From positions 55,502 to 119,501 of the forward strand of contig JBBFKW010000016.1 in assembly GCA_037481835.1 (NCBI GenBank): DNA of 64,000 nucleotides, read 5' to 3'. This DNA is from Desulfosoma sp. (GTDB taxonomy: Bacteria; Desulfobacterota; Syntrophobacteria; Syntrophobacterales; DSM-9756). Below are positions 38,580 to 49,687 of the stretch, one piece after another. Positions within the stretch are counted from its first letter, which is position 1; the number at the start of each line of letters is the position of its first letter. A program made the position numbers and the translations under genes. Under the pieces are notes generated by a model. The model searched no databases and was not told the origin of the DNA. It saw nothing but the letters and a program-made list of their open reading frames with translations.

Positions 38580-40388
38580 TCAGCTTTCGGCGCTCTTTTT
38601 CTCTTCGGGTTCGGCGGCCTGTTTTACCGTGAACAAGAATGCCGAGCCTCGGTCCTTGCCCCGCACCGGGCTTTCCACCCAGATCCGTCCCCCCATGTTC
38701 TGCACGATATGGCGGCAGATGGCAAGCCCGAGCCCCGTGCTTCCCGTGGAGGTTTCTCTTTGCCTGTCCACGCGATAGAAGCGTTCAAACACCCGGGCTT
38801 GGTGTTCGGAAGGAATGCCGGGTCCCTCGTCTTCGACGGCGAAAAGGATCGTCTCCTCCCGCACTTCGGCCCGGATGCGGATGGGTGTGTTCGGGCGGCT
38901 ATAGCGCACGGCGTTGTCCAAGAGATTTTGAAAAACCTGGACCAGTGAATCCCGTTCGGCCCGGACCCACAGGGGGCGGTCGGGCAAAAGGGTCTGGATT
39001 TCCATGTTCTTCTTCCGGGCCTCCGGAAGGCATGTTTCCACGGCCGAAGCAATGGCCGAGACGGCGTCCACGGCGGTTTCGGGGATTTGAGGCGGCTGGC
39101 TTTCCAGGCGAGTCAGGGTGAGCAGATCGTTGACCATGCGGCTCATATGGTTGGCTTTGCGCACGATGGTTTCGATGAACATTTTGGCTTCTTCGTCTTG
39201 GGCGCACGGGCTTTCCAGCAGGGTTTCCGCATAGCCCTTGACGGCGGTCAGCGGGGTGCGCAGTTCGTGGGAGACATTGGCCACGAAATCGCGGCGGATT
39301 CTCGCCAGCCGCTTCAGCTCCGTGATGTCGTGCAGGACGATGACCGCCCCCCTCGGCACTACCGGGCTGTGCAGGGAGACCACGTGGACGTCGAAGAATC
39401 GGTCCGGATCCAGGACAACTTCCAGGTGCACGCTGTCTTGACCCGCCAAGACCCGGTCACAGGCCTTCTGCAATTCCGCGTTCAAGAAGACTTCCAAGGG
39501 TTTCAACCCCAAGGGCGATTGGGTCCCGCGCTGGATGTGCAAGGCCGCACGGTTGGCGGCCGTGATCCGCCCTTGGCCGTCCAGGAGAAGCACCCCTTCC
39601 TTCATGCCTTCCAGAATGGCGTGGAGTTGGGCCCGCTGATCTTCCATGCTTTTGAATTGCGTCTCAATCCGCTGGGCGACATCCACAAGCGTCTCTCCCA
39701 AGGCGTCCAAGACGGGATACCCCGACGGGCGCAGTCGAGGGCGTTCCCGGCGTCCCATGGCGCGCACCATTTCCAGCATGGGCGCCAGGGGTTTTTCCAT
39801 GAGCCGGGAGAGAAAAAAAGAGAGGACGCCGGTCGCCGCGAAAGACAGCCCCAAGATCACGGCCAGGTGCAGGCGCTGCTGGTCCAACTTTTCCTTGATC
39901 TGCGAAACCGGCATGGCGATGCGCACGACGCCGTCAGGAAGGTTCGTGATGCCGGAGACGGGCATGGCGCCGTAGAGGAGTTCCTTGCGCAATGTGTCGC
40001 TTCGCCGCACGCTGAACCCGAAACCTTCGCGGCGGGCCGCCGCCACTTCCGGCCGATTCCAATGGTCTTCCATGAACCCGAGTTTGTCGTAGGGCACGTC
40101 GCTGTCGGCCACCACCCGCCCCCCTTGGGCGATGTAGGTGATCCGGATTCCCAAGAGGCTTCCCACTTGGGTGCACCAGTCGTCCAAATCGCTCAGCCAC
40201 TGGAAAGGTTCGTGGCTCGTAAGCGCCCAAAGGACAAAGGTCAGGTTTTGACGGATTCGGGCTCTGGATTCGTCCATAAGGACCTGGTGCAGCTGGCGAT
40301 GGAAATAGGACACGGGCGCCAGCACACACAGCAGGAGCACAACCCAAAAGGCGAGGAGCAATCTGGTGCGCACGCTCACGGGCTTCAT
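38580..40388 (-). CDS. phoR: Phosphate sensor histidine kinase
   Basis: RRDFVANVSHELRTPL, NLLDNAVRY, DEGPGI, FERFYRVD, GLGLAI; PAS domain. Confidence 0.93.
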   Translation of the reverse strand: MKPVSVRTRLLLAFWVVLLLCVLAPVSYFHRQLHQVLMDESRARIRQNLTFVLWALTSHEPFQWLSDLDDWCTQVGSLLGIRITYIAQGGRVVADSDVPYDKLGFMEDHWNRPEVAAARREGFGFSVRRSDTLRKELLYGAMPVSGITNLPDGVVRIAMPVSQIKEKLDQQRLHLAVILGLSFAATGVLSFFLSRLMEKPLAPMLEMVRAMGRRERPRLRPSGYPVLDALGETLVDVAQRIETQFKSMEDQRAQLHAILEGMKEGVLLLDGQGRITAANRAALHIQRGTQSPLGLKPLEVFLNAELQKACDRVLAGQDSVHLEVVLDPDRFFDVHVVSLHSPVVPRGAVIVLHDITELKRLARIRRDFVANVSHELRTPLTAVKGYAETLLESPCAQDEEAKMFIETIVRKANHMSRMVNDLLTLTRLESQPPQIPETAVDAVSAIASAVETCLPEARKKNMEIQTLLPDRPLWVRAERDSLVQVFQNLLDNAVRYSRPNTPIRIRAEVREETILFAVEDEGPGIPSEHQARVFERFYRVDRQRETSTGSTGLGLAICRHIVQNMGGRIWVESPVRGKDRGSAFLFTVKQAAEPEEKKSAES

Positions 40389-41080
40389 GAAACGCTCCGT
40401 TCCCGAAACCGGTATCCCACGCCCCGAATCGTTTCCACCAGATGCGCATAGGGGCCCAGCTTTTGGCGAAGGCGCCGGATGTGGGTGTCCACCGTACGGG
40501 CGTAGCCCTCAAACTGGTAACCCCAAACGCGATCCAACAGCCGGTCGCGGGTAAGCACCCGGCCCCGATTGTGCATCAGCTCCACGAGCAGTTTGAATTC
40601 CGTGGCGGTCAAGAGGACTTCCTCGCCGTCGATCCACACTCGGTGGGCCTGTTCCTCCACGGCGATCCCCTCCACGGACAACACGTCCTGCGCCGGTACG
40701 GGGGCGGCCGCGCGGCGCATGACGGCCTGGACTCGAAGGACCAATTCGCGGGGGCTGAACGGCTTGACCACGTAATCGTCCGCGCCCAATTCCAAACCGA
40801 CGATGCGATCCGCTTCTTCCCCTCGAGCCGTCAACATGATGATGGGCGTGGATGCCGTATCCTTGTTTCTTTTCAGGGTCTTGCACACATCGAGCCCGTC
40901 CATGCCGGGAAGCATGAGATCCAAGACGATGAGATCGGGCTTTTCGCGCAGTGCCGTATCCAGGCCTGAAACTCCATCTTCAGCCTTGAGCACCTCGTAG
41001 TCCGCGGCTTTGAGGTGCCAGGCGACCAGAGTCAAGATGTCCTTATCATCTTCGATGATGAGCACTCTGCCTCGTGCCAA
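40385..41080 (-). CDS. phoB: Phosphate regulon response regulator
   Basis: IIEDD, DLMLPG, GADDYVVKPF, RTVDTHIRRLR; TTG start with GGAGG RBS. Confidence 0.92.
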   Translation of the reverse strand: MARGRVLIIEDDKDILTLVAWHLKAADYEVLKAEDGVSGLDTALREKPDLIVLDLMLPGMDGLDVCKTLKRNKDTASTPIIMLTARGEEADRIVGLELGADDYVVKPFSPRELVLRVQAVMRRAAAPVPAQDVLSVEGIAVEEQAHRVWIDGEEVLLTATEFKLLVELMHNRGRVLTRDRLLDRVWGYQFEGYARTVDTHIRRLRQKLGPYAHLVETIRGVGYRFRERSVS

Positions 41081-41304
41081 GAACGCCTCCGAAAAGGTGT
41101 GCCTTCCCAAAACCCGATGATCCCGCTTGGACGGGACTCCTAAACCTTCTCCAAATCCCGGCCCCTCGGTCTCCGTTCCCGCTGGACAAAACCCGCACGG
41201 CGTCGACGGACGTCCCATGGAAAAGACCGCTGGGGAAACCTGAGCAAAGAACCCGTGACCGTTGAAGGCCGGGTCGAGTATCCGCGAAGAATCAATCGCG
41301 CCTG

Positions 41305-41343
41305 TGTCACAAGACCGTGATGAATGGGTGACATTTGTGTGAC
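41305..41343 (-). promoter_or_regulatory. PHO-box array facing phoB
   Basis: Minus-strand hexamers GTCACA, GTCACC, ATCACG, GTGACA at exact 11-bp spacing. Confidence 0.7.
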
Positions 41344-41405
41344 ACGGGGTCTTCCGAATTCGGATTTCCTTGCTGGTTCGATCAAAATGCAAAGCCCGAC
41401 TGACT

Positions 41406-41444
41406 GTAACATGAATGTCACAGACCGGTAACCTTACGTTCACA
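41406..41444 (+). promoter_or_regulatory. PHO-box array facing pstC
   Basis: GTAACA (41406), GTCACA (41417), GTAACC (41428), TTCACA (41439): 11-bp period. Confidence 0.75.
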
Positions 41445-41516
41445 TGGCCCGTTTAGGGTTTCGTTGTCGCACGAGACGGAATGGGACTCACAGAACCGGT
41501 CCCTTGATTAAAAACG

Positions 41517-42917
41517 ATGAGGCAACCTTCCATGCCCGGCATGATCCTTCTCTCCCTGCTTGTTTTGAGCTCCGCGGCCTATGTTTTGGGGCACCGCCGT
41601 GTGCTCCGGATGGTCGGAGGGCCGGCCCACGCGAGAAACTTGGCCTCCCGCCCCCGTTACTACGGCACCTACGTGGCCTTGTGGTGTGCCGTCCCCGCCC
41701 TTGGGCTCCTTCTCGTTTGGCTTTTCCTGGAACCGATCGTCCTGGATCAACTGGTGCTGCGCCACCTGCCCGACGCCTACCGGGACCTTCCGCCGGAACG
41801 CTTGAGCCTTCTCATGAACGATATCAAGAATCTCGCCAAGGGCGGCATCGTTTCAGCCCAGGCTGAGCCTGCCGTGCAGGAGGCGGCGGAGCATTACCGG
41901 AGATTGCAGGGTCTGGCGAAAACGGCTCTTTGGGTTGTGGTGCTCAGTCTTTCGGCCCTCGGCCTTCACACCGGCTATCGAAAGATCCATGTATCGTTTC
42001 GGGCTCGAAACCAAGTGGAGAAGGTCCTTCACGTTTTTCTCGTGGCCGCTTCGACCATCGCCGTCTTTACCACCATCGGCATTGTTTTTTCTGTTCTTTT
42101 CGAAGCCTTGCGGTTTTTTCGACTCGTGCCGTGGTGGGAATTCCTCTTCGGGCTCAAGTGGAGCCCTCAGATGGCCATCCGCGCCGATCAGGTGGGCGCT
42201 TCGGGCGCTTTTGGCATGATCCCCGTTTTCACGGGAACTCTGCTCATCGCGGCCATCGCCATGGGCATTGCGGTCCCTTTGGGCCTGCTTTCCGCCATTT
42301 ACCTCAGCGAATACGCCCCGAGAGGGGTCCGCGCCGCGGTCAAGCCCATTTTAGAAATTCTGGCAGGGATTCCCACTGTCGTCTACGGTTTTTTTGCCGC
42401 CCTGACGGTCGGGCCCTTGCTGAGGCGTTTAGGGGAAAGCGTAGGACTTTCGGTGGCTTCCGAGAGCGCCCTGGCGGCGGGTTTGGTCATGGGGATCATG
42501 ATCGTGCCGTTCGTTTCGTCGTTATCCGACGATGTCATCAACGCTGTGCCCAACGACCTGCGGGACGGTTCCTTGGCCCTGGGCGCCACCCGATCGGAGA
42601 CCGTCAAACGCGTTGTCTTGCCGGCGGCTTTGCCGGGTATCGTGGGCGGAATCCTGCTCGGAGTGTCCCGGGCCATCGGGGAGACCATGATCGTGGTCAT
42701 GGCCGCAGGGTTGTCCGCCAATTTGACCCTCAATCCCCTGGCGGCCGTAACGACGGTGACGGTCCAGATCGTTACCCTCTTGGTGGGGGATCAAGAGTTC
42801 GACAGTCCCAAGACGTTGGCGGCTTTTGCCTTGGGCCTGGTTCTTTTCGTGCTCACCCTGGTCTTGAACATCATCGCTTTGGTTGTTGTCCGAAAATACC
42901 GAGAGCAATATGAATAA
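41517..42917 (+). CDS. pstC: Phosphate ABC transporter permease
   Basis: KPILEILAGIPTVVYGFFA, GSLALGAT, SRAIGETMIV. Confidence 0.94.
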   Translation: MRQPSMPGMILLSLLVLSSAAYVLGHRRVLRMVGGPAHARNLASRPRYYGTYVALWCAVPALGLLLVWLFLEPIVLDQLVLRHLPDAYRDLPPERLSLLMNDIKNLAKGGIVSAQAEPAVQEAAEHYRRLQGLAKTALWVVVLSLSALGLHTGYRKIHVSFRARNQVEKVLHVFLVAASTIAVFTTIGIVFSVLFEALRFFRLVPWWEFLFGLKWSPQMAIRADQVGASGAFGMIPVFTGTLLIAAIAMGIAVPLGLLSAIYLSEYAPRGVRAAVKPILEILAGIPTVVYGFFAALTVGPLLRRLGESVGLSVASESALAAGLVMGIMIVPFVSSLSDDVINAVPNDLRDGSLALGATRSETVKRVVLPAALPGIVGGILLGVSRAIGETMIVVMAAGLSANLTLNPLAAVTTVTVQIVTLLVGDQEFDSPKTLAAFALGLVLFVLTLVLNIIALVVVRKYREQYE

Positions 42918-44214
42918 GCCGAAAAGTGCCGCATCCCCTTCCGAGGGGCCTTCCCGGTCCCGCACGGTGAGGATCGTCCAAGCGGGTCTCGAAAAGCGCT
43001 ACCGGGCGGAAAAGCGATTCCGGCTGCTGGGCTTGAGCGCCGTGGTGTGCGCCCTCGCCTTTCTGGCGTTCATGTTTGCGGACATCATCGCCAAAGGCCA
43101 CACGGCCTTTCAACAGACGTGCGTCCTCCTGGATCTCTTCGTGGATCCCGACGTGGTCCATGTGGGGAACCTGGATCAGGCCGATTACCAAGGATTGGTG
43201 AAAAGGAGCCTTGAGAAGCATTTCCCCGAGGTCACGGGAAGGCAGGAAAAACGCGAACTCTACAACCTGGTCAGTTCAGGTGCCGGAACGGCGGTGCGGC
43301 AAAAGGTTTTGGAAGACACCTCCGTGATCGGCAAAACCATAGAAGTGTGGGTGCCGGCGAACGACGACGTGGACATGGTCGTCAAGGGCCACGTGGACCG
43401 AAATCTTCCCGAATCCGAGCGGCGTCTGGGGAATCGTGCCCTTGGGTGGATCGAGACCTTGGAATCTCAAGGGCGAATCGCCAAGAAATGGAACAAAACC
43501 TTCTTCACCTCGGGAGATTCGCGGGAACCCGAGTTGGCGGGCATCCTGGGGGCGACGGCCGGCTCCTTCTACACCCTTCTTGTCACCTTGGCCCTGTCGT
43601 TTCCCATCGGTGTCGCCGCGGCCCTCTACCTGGAAGAATTCGCTCCGAAAAACCGCTGGACCGACCTCATTGAAGTGAACATCAACAACCTGGCGGCGGT
43701 GCCGTCCATCGTCTTCGGTCTTTTGGGCCTGGCGGTCTTTCTCTCGTTTTTCGGCCTGCCTCGATCGTCTCCTCTGGTCGGCGGTCTCGTGCTCACCCTC
43801 ATGACGCTGCCGACCATCATCATTGCGGGACGGGCATCCTTGCAGGCCGTTCCCCCTTCCATTCGCGATGCGGCCTTGAGCGTCGGCGCCTCGCGGATGC
43901 AGGCCGTCTTTCATCATGTGCTGCCTCTGGCCCTGCCGGGCATGCTCACCGGGACCATCATTGGGATGGCCCGGGCTCTCGGCGAGACGGCCCCGCTTCT
44001 CATGGTGGGGATGGTGGCCTTCATTGTGGACATTCCCCGCGGGTTCATGGACCCGGCAACGGTGCTTCCCGTGCAGATCTACCTGTGGGCCGACAGTGCG
44101 GAACGCGCTTTTGTGGAAAAAACGTCTGCGGCCATTTTGGTGTTGCTGGCGTTCCTGATCACCATGAACGCCGCGGCGGTCTATCTTCGCAACCGCTTTG
44201 AACGACGCTGGTGA
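42910..44214 (+). CDS. pstA: Phosphate ABC transporter permease
   Basis: NINNLAAVPSIVFGLLGL, ARALGETAPL. Confidence 0.94.
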   Translation: MNKPKSAASPSEGPSRSRTVRIVQAGLEKRYRAEKRFRLLGLSAVVCALAFLAFMFADIIAKGHTAFQQTCVLLDLFVDPDVVHVGNLDQADYQGLVKRSLEKHFPEVTGRQEKRELYNLVSSGAGTAVRQKVLEDTSVIGKTIEVWVPANDDVDMVVKGHVDRNLPESERRLGNRALGWIETLESQGRIAKKWNKTFFTSGDSREPELAGILGATAGSFYTLLVTLALSFPIGVAAALYLEEFAPKNRWTDLIEVNINNLAAVPSIVFGLLGLAVFLSFFGLPRSSPLVGGLVLTLMTLPTIIIAGRASLQAVPPSIRDAALSVGASRMQAVFHHVLPLALPGMLTGTIIGMARALGETAPLLMVGMVAFIVDIPRGFMDPATVLPVQIYLWADSAERAFVEKTSAAILVLLAFLITMNAAAVYLRNRFERRW

Positions 44215-44331
44215 AAAGGAGGTGAGAACAGTCGCAATCGTCGAAACAGGGACCGAACCGTCAATAATGAGAGCCGACGGGCCGCATCGGCACCGGACGG
44301 CACACACGAAGAGACACAAGGAGAACGAACG

Positions 44332-45381
44332 ATGAGACGCCTTTTCCTGACCATGATCGCTCTTTCCATGCTTTGGGCTGTGCAGGATCCCGCTCAGGCT
44401 CTCGCGCGGGACTACATCTACATCGTGGGCTCTTCCACCGTGTATCCCTTCTCCACGGCTGTGGCCGAACAATTCGGAAAAGCCTATGGCTTCAAGACCC
44501 CCAAGGTGGAATCCACGGGAACCGGCGGCGGCTTCAAGCTTTTTTGCGCCGGGGTCGGGGTGGAACATCCCGACATCAGCAACGCCTCGCGCGCCATCAA
44601 GAAATCGGAACTGGAAACCTGCGCTCAAAACGGGGTCAAAGAGATCGTCGAAGTGAAAATCGGCTATGATGGCATCGTCGTGGCCAACAGCAAGAAATCG
44701 GCGGTGATGAAACTCACCCGCAAGGATCTTTTCATGGCCTTGGCGGCGGAAATCCCCGATCCCAAAGGCGGTGCGGCAATGGTCAAAAACCCCTTCAAGA
44801 CGTGGAAAGACGTCAACCCCGCCCTGCCCGACGTGAAGATCGAAGTGCTGGGGCCTCCTCCCACCTCCGGGACCCGCGATGCTTTCTTGGAGCTGGCCAT
44901 GGAAGAAGGGGCCTTGGAAATCGCTTCTTTGAAGGAGCTCAAGAAGAGCGATGAAAAGGCCTTTAAGAAAGTGGCCCATAGCATCCGGGAAGACGGGGCA
45001 TGGATCGACGCCGGCGAAAACGACAACCTCATCGTGCAGAAACTTTTGGCCAATCCCAATGCGGTGGGGGTTTTCGGGTTCAGCTTCCTCGACCAAAACA
45101 CGGACAAGATCCAGGGTGCCGAGGTGAACGGCGTCGCTCCCACCTTCGAGAGCATTTCGGCCCAGAAGTACCCGCTATCCAGGCCGCTCTTTTTCTACGT
45201 CAAGAAGGCCCATGTGGGCAGCATCCCTGGCATTCAGGAATTCGTCAAGGAATTCACCGAGGATAAGGCGTGGGGTCCACAGGGCTATTTGGCGGACAAG
45301 GGGCTCATCCCGCTGCCGGATGCGGAAAGGGCGTCCATGCGTGAAGCGGCCCGTGCCTTGAAAGTGCTCGCCGTGCAGTAG
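44332..45381 (+). CDS. pstS: Phosphate ABC transporter binding protein
   Basis: Signal peptide, [33 protein letters not shown]. Confidence 0.93.
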   Translation: MRRLFLTMIALSMLWAVQDPAQALARDYIYIVGSSTVYPFSTAVAEQFGKAYGFKTPKVESTGTGGGFKLFCAGVGVEHPDISNASRAIKKSELETCAQNGVKEIVEVKIGYDGIVVANSKKSAVMKLTRKDLFMALAAEIPDPKGGAAMVKNPFKTWKDVNPALPDVKIEVLGPPPTSGTRDAFLELAMEEGALEIASLKELKKSDEKAFKKVAHSIREDGAWIDAGENDNLIVQKLLANPNAVGVFGFSFLDQNTDKIQGAEVNGVAPTFESISAQKYPLSRPLFFYVKKAHVGSIPGIQEFVKEFTEDKAWGPQGYLADKGLIPLPDAERASMREAARALKVLAVQ

Positions 45382-45536
45382 TCTTTCGAGGGAAATTGTT
45401 CGGAAACGGGCGCCCGTTCCAAGGGCGCCCGGGCAAAAACTATGCGAATGAATCGGTATTGAGTAAGATGATGGATGCCTTCGTGAGCGCAAGAAGCCTT
45501 AGAGGCCTGAAAGAGCCGACGCAAGGGGACCGTTCC

Positions 45537-46367
45537 GTGGCGGAACCAAAGAAGACTGCTGGAGGATCTCAGGACCTTCCCGGGAAAACCGTCGGAGATG
45601 TGCACGTGGCCAATCCCCGCATGACGTGCCGCCATGTGAACGTCTTTTACGGGGACAAGCAGGCCATTCGGGATGTGTCCATCGATATCGGCCGCAACGA
45701 GGTGCTCGCCATGATCGGCCCTTCCGGATGCGGCAAGTCCACCTTCCTGCGCTGCCTGAACCGCATGAACGATACCATCGAGGGGTGCCGCGTCACGGGA
45801 ACCATCACCCTGGACGGACAGGATATCTATGACCCTTCCCTGGATGTGGTGCTCCTGCGCGCTCAGGTGGGCATGGTTTTCCAGAAACCCAACCCGTTTC
45901 CCAAGTCCATTTATGAAAATGTGGCCTACGGTCCCAAGATTCACGGCCTGGCCCAAAGCCGGGAAGAACTGGACGAAATTGTGGAAACGTCCCTTCGGAA
46001 AGCGGGGTTGTGGGAGGAAGTGAAAGATCGGCTGAACCAGTCGGGCACGGGCCTTTCCGGAGGGCAGCAGCAAAGGCTGTGCATCGCTCGGGCCATCGCC
46101 GTCAACCCCGAAGTCATCCTTATGGATGAGCCGTGCTCCGCCCTGGACCCCATCGCCACCGGCCGCATCGAAGACCTGATCCACGAGCTGCGGGAGCAGT
46201 ACAGTATTGTCATCGTCACCCATTCCATGCAGCAGGCGGCCCGAGTCTCCCAGAGGACGGCTTTTTTCCACATGGGCGATCTCATCGAAGTGGGCCCTAC
46301 CGACCGCATTTTTACCCGACCCCGCCACAAACTCACGGAAGACTACATCACCGGGCGCTTTGGCTAG
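45537..46367 (+). CDS. pstB: Phosphate ABC transporter ATPase (start uncertain)
   Basis: [37 protein letters not shown]. Confidence 0.94.
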   Translation: MAEPKKTAGGSQDLPGKTVGDVHVANPRMTCRHVNVFYGDKQAIRDVSIDIGRNEVLAMIGPSGCGKSTFLRCLNRMNDTIEGCRVTGTITLDGQDIYDPSLDVVLLRAQVGMVFQKPNPFPKSIYENVAYGPKIHGLAQSREELDEIVETSLRKAGLWEEVKDRLNQSGTGLSGGQQQRLCIARAIAVNPEVILMDEPCSALDPIATGRIEDLIHELREQYSIVIVTHSMQQAARVSQRTAFFHMGDLIEVGPTDRIFTRPRHKLTEDYITGRFG

Positions 46368-47109
46368 TTTCGTCTGAGTTTCCGAAAAGAATTTGAATCA
46401 CATGGTGGTGGCGAAGAATTTCGGGGCCGGGACCGGTCAGGGTGACCGATCCGTCCTCGATGAGAAAAGCCACATCGGCAACGCGCAGGATCCGGCGCAC
46501 ATGTTGCCCGGCAATGAGCAGGGTCAGGCCGCTCTGCCGAAGCTTCTGGAAGGCGCTGCAGAAGCGCCGGACGACTTTCGGGCTGAGTCCGAGGAAGGGA
46601 TCGTCGAGGAGCAAGAGTCGGGCTCCGGCCATTAGACCCCGGCCGAGGGTGACCATGCGTTTTTCCCCGCCGCTCAAGGCGCCGGCCCTCTGGCGCTTCT
46701 TTTCTTCCAGTTCGGGAAAAAGACAGAAGACCAACTTCAACCGTTCTTCTATGCGGTGCCGGTGAAGATAGCCCCCCACTTCCAGGTTTTCCAACACGGA
46801 CATCTCGGGAAAAACGCTCATTCCCTCGGGAACGTAAACCATCCCCAGCCGGACGATGTCGGCCACGTCCAAGGTTTCGGTGCGAATGCCGTCGTAGAGG
46901 ATGTGCCCTCGAACCGGTCGGATAATGCCGGCCACGGCCTTGAGAATCGTGGTCTTTCCCGCTCCGTTGGGGCCCACCATGGCGACGATCTGTTGGGGCC
47001 ACACGGTGAAGGAGACGTCCTGGAGCACGGGCGTCAACCCGATGGACGCCCAGAGATTCCGCACGTCGAGCAAAGGGAGGCTGTTTTCTGCAGGTCCCAT
47101 GGGTGTCAC
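46348..47109 (-). CDS. livF: Liv-type ABC ATPase with degenerate motifs
   Basis: [21 protein letters not shown]; Walker B reads LLLDD. Confidence 0.85.
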   Translation of the reverse strand: MTPMGPAENSLPLLDVRNLWASIGLTPVLQDVSFTVWPQQIVAMVGPNGAGKTTILKAVAGIIRPVRGHILYDGIRTETLDVADIVRLGMVYVPEGMSVFPEMSVLENLEVGGYLHRHRIEERLKLVFCLFPELEEKKRQRAGALSGGEKRMVTLGRGLMAGARLLLLDDPFLGLSPKVVRRFCSAFQKLRQSGLTLLIAGQHVRRILRVADVAFLIEDGSVTLTGPGPEILRHHHVIQILFGNSDETSQSAR

Positions 47110-47855
47110 GCCTCTTCGGCCGTCTCGCGTTCTCCCAGGTACGCCGACAAGACTTCCGGATGGTGCAGCACGTCCTCGGGCGGGCCTTCCACGATCTTTT
47201 CCCCTTGATCCAAGGCCACCAGCCTGTCGGAGACGCGCGCCGTCAGGTTCAGGAAATGATCCACCAGGAGAATGGTCATTCCTCGTTCCCGCAGGGAAAG
47301 CACCAGCTGGGCCGCTTGATTGACCGCGTGGGGGCTGAGTCCCGCGGCGATTTCATCGAGAAGGAGCAAGGACGGGCGGGTGGCCAGGGCCCGGGCCACT
47401 TCGAGCCGCCGTTGTTCCGATAATGTCAGTTCCTTTCCCGGCGTATGGCGTTTTTCGTGAAGCCCGACCAGGTCCAACAAGTCGGCGGCTTCCCGTTCGT
47501 CCGAGAGAAGGCGGGAACCGTCGGCGGGGCTTTTCCCGAACCACAGGCCGATGAGCACGTTTTCCTCGGCGGTCATGTCCGGAAAGGGGCGCGCGATCTG
47601 AAAGGTGCGGGCAATGCCCGCACGACACACCTTGTATGGGGGCCAGCCGGTGATGGGGCGACCGAGAAAAATCACATCGCCGGAAAAGGCTTGAACGACG
47701 CCGGAGATGACGTTGAAAAGGGTTGTTTTCCCGGCGCCGTTGGGCCCGATCAAACTGACAATTTCACCCTCATGGACCGAAAAGCTCACGTCTTTCAAAA
47801 TCGCCCGCGCTCCGAAGCGAACCGTGATGTGATGGATTTCCAGAACGCGCTTCAT
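47106..47855 (-). CDS. livG: Liv-type ABC ATPase
   Basis: [28 protein letters not shown]. Confidence 0.9.
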   Translation of the reverse strand: MKRVLEIHHITVRFGARAILKDVSFSVHEGEIVSLIGPNGAGKTTLFNVISGVVQAFSGDVIFLGRPITGWPPYKVCRAGIARTFQIARPFPDMTAEENVLIGLWFGKSPADGSRLLSDEREAADLLDLVGLHEKRHTPGKELTLSEQRRLEVARALATRPSLLLLDEIAAGLSPHAVNQAAQLVLSLRERGMTILLVDHFLNLTARVSDRLVALDQGEKIVEGPPEDVLHHPEVLSAYLGERETAEEA

Positions 47856-48802
47856 TTTTTCCACGATCCCAAGCCTTTCGGGAAAAAGAGGACGGAGCCC
47901 ACGATGACCAGGCCGTAGACGGCGGCGTGACCTGCGGGGAGCACGGGATGAAGCACGAGCTGGTCCAGCGGGTAGAGGACGAGGGCTCCCAAGGCGGGAC
48001 CGAACCATCGGAAACGCCCGCCCAAGATGGAGAGCACTAGGGGTATGGCCGAAAGATGGGCGCTGAAGACGACGGGAGGTTCCACGAAACCGTGGAGGTG
48101 CGCGTAAAGGCCGCCGCACAGACCCGTGAGGAGCGCGCTGAGGGTCATGACGGTCCATCGCAAGAGATGCACCGGGACGCCCAGGACGCCCGCCGCCTGC
48201 TCGTCTTCCCGAACGGCGCGAAGCGCCCATCCCCATCGGGAATGGATCGCCTTGCCATGGATCCATGTGCCGGCAAAAAGCAGGAGGAGAAGCGCGTAGT
48301 ATTGGGCCGTGAGGCTTGTTCCGAAGTCTATGGCGACGGAGCCGAGCCGGACGAGGGGCAGGGGGCGTATTCCCACGAGGCCCAAAGAGCCGTAGGTGAC
48401 GGATTCCCAATTGTCGGCGATGACCTTGGGAATTTCCACGGCGGCGAGCGTCACCAAGGCAAAGGTGGCGCCTCGAAGGTTTCGAAAGACGGCGGCGCAC
48501 AGGGCGCCGTAGAGTCCTGCGCTTAGGGCCCCTGCGGTGAGCGTCGCGGCAAGATGACCCGATCCGTAATGGTCCATCAAGGCCGCTCCGTAGGCCCCCA
48601 GGCCGAAATACGCCGCATGGCCCAGGGAGATGAGACCGCTCAGCGCCGTGAGATTCCAAGCCATGGCCACGACGGCGTACAAAAAGGCCATGGTGAAGAC
48701 ACGGCAGACCAGTTGGGGATGGGCCGTCCCCAGAGGCCATGCCGCCAGCACCAGGATCACCGCCCAGAAGACCGCAGAGGAAGAAATGGGATGTCTTTTC
48801 AC
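47852..48802 (-). CDS. livM: Liv-type ABC permease
   Basis: GLISLGHAAYFGLGAY, LRAVREDE.AA. Confidence 0.88.
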   Translation of the reverse strand: MKRHPISSSAVFWAVILVLAAWPLGTAHPQLVCRVFTMAFLYAVVAMAWNLTALSGLISLGHAAYFGLGAYGAALMDHYGSGHLAATLTAGALSAGLYGALCAAVFRNLRGATFALVTLAAVEIPKVIADNWESVTYGSLGLVGIRPLPLVRLGSVAIDFGTSLTAQYYALLLLLFAGTWIHGKAIHSRWGWALRAVREDEQAAGVLGVPVHLLRWTVMTLSALLTGLCGGLYAHLHGFVEPPVVFSAHLSAIPLVLSILGGRFRWFGPALGALVLYPLDQLVLHPVLPAGHAAVYGLVIVGSVLFFPKGLGSWKK

Positions 48803-49668
48803 AGTTCCGGGGCCGACCTTTTCCCCACCAGCAATCCGTGAGGTTTCCACAGCAGCAATACGATAAGGATCAGGGCGCTCACCAATTCCCGCCAGTTCGT
48901 CCCCAGCACCAGCGCGGCCCCCGATTCCAAAGCCGCCAGAATACAGGCTCCCAAGAGAAGGCTCCGAATATGGCCCACGCCGGCAAAGATCGTGATGACA
49001 ATGGCGATGAGGGTCGCTTCCAGCCCCCCGGCCGGGTGAAGATAGGCCAGGCGCCCGAAGAGGGGTCCGGCAAGGCCGATGAGCATCCCTCCGATGGCAA
49101 AAGCCACCCCCTTCATGCGGTCCACATGGATGCCCGCCAGTCGGGCCGCTTCTCGTTCTTGGATGGTCGCCCTCAACGCCTTGCCCAGGAACGTGTGGTG
49201 CAGCATGAGAAAGACGGCGGCTGTAGCGGCCGAGGAAAGGCCAAAGGTCCACAGGTGGGTTTCCGTCACGGAGGCCCTGCCGAAAGGGGAAAAGACGGCT
49301 GCTTCGCTGGACGGAATGAGGCGGTAGTCGGCGCTGAAAAAAAACAACATGACGTTTTGGGCGATGAGGGCCATGCCGAACGTCATGACCAAAGAATTCA
49401 ATTCAAAAGGTTCGCCCACTTTCTTCAGCACCTGGTGCATGGCCACGAGTACGCCCGTCAGAAGCAGCATGCACAGGGGCAAGGTCATCCAAAAGGTCCA
49501 ACCGTAGGCTTTCATGAGGCCGTAAGCCAGGTAGCCGCTCAGGACGATGAGCTCCCCATGGGCCAGGTTGAAGGCGTGGGTGACGCCGAAAATCAGGGAA
49601 AATCCCAGAGCGGTCAGAGTATAAAAAAAACCGAGGGAGAGCACGCCGATAAGGAATTGGGCCCACAT
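48799..49668 (-). CDS. livH: Liv-type ABC permease
   Basis: ALGFSLIFGV...NLAHGE, GKALRA, KPHGLL. Confidence 0.9.
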   Translation of the reverse strand: MWAQFLIGVLSLGFFYTLTALGFSLIFGVTHAFNLAHGELIVLSGYLAYGLMKAYGWTFWMTLPLCMLLLTGVLVAMHQVLKKVGEPFELNSLVMTFGMALIAQNVMLFFFSADYRLIPSSEAAVFSPFGRASVTETHLWTFGLSSAATAAVFLMLHHTFLGKALRATIQEREAARLAGIHVDRMKGVAFAIGGMLIGLAGPLFGRLAYLHPAGGLEATLIAIVITIFAGVGHIRSLLLGACILAALESGAALVLGTNWRELVSALILIVLLLWKPHGLLVGKRSAPEL

Positions 49669-49687
49669 GATCGGTTCACCCGCGGCC

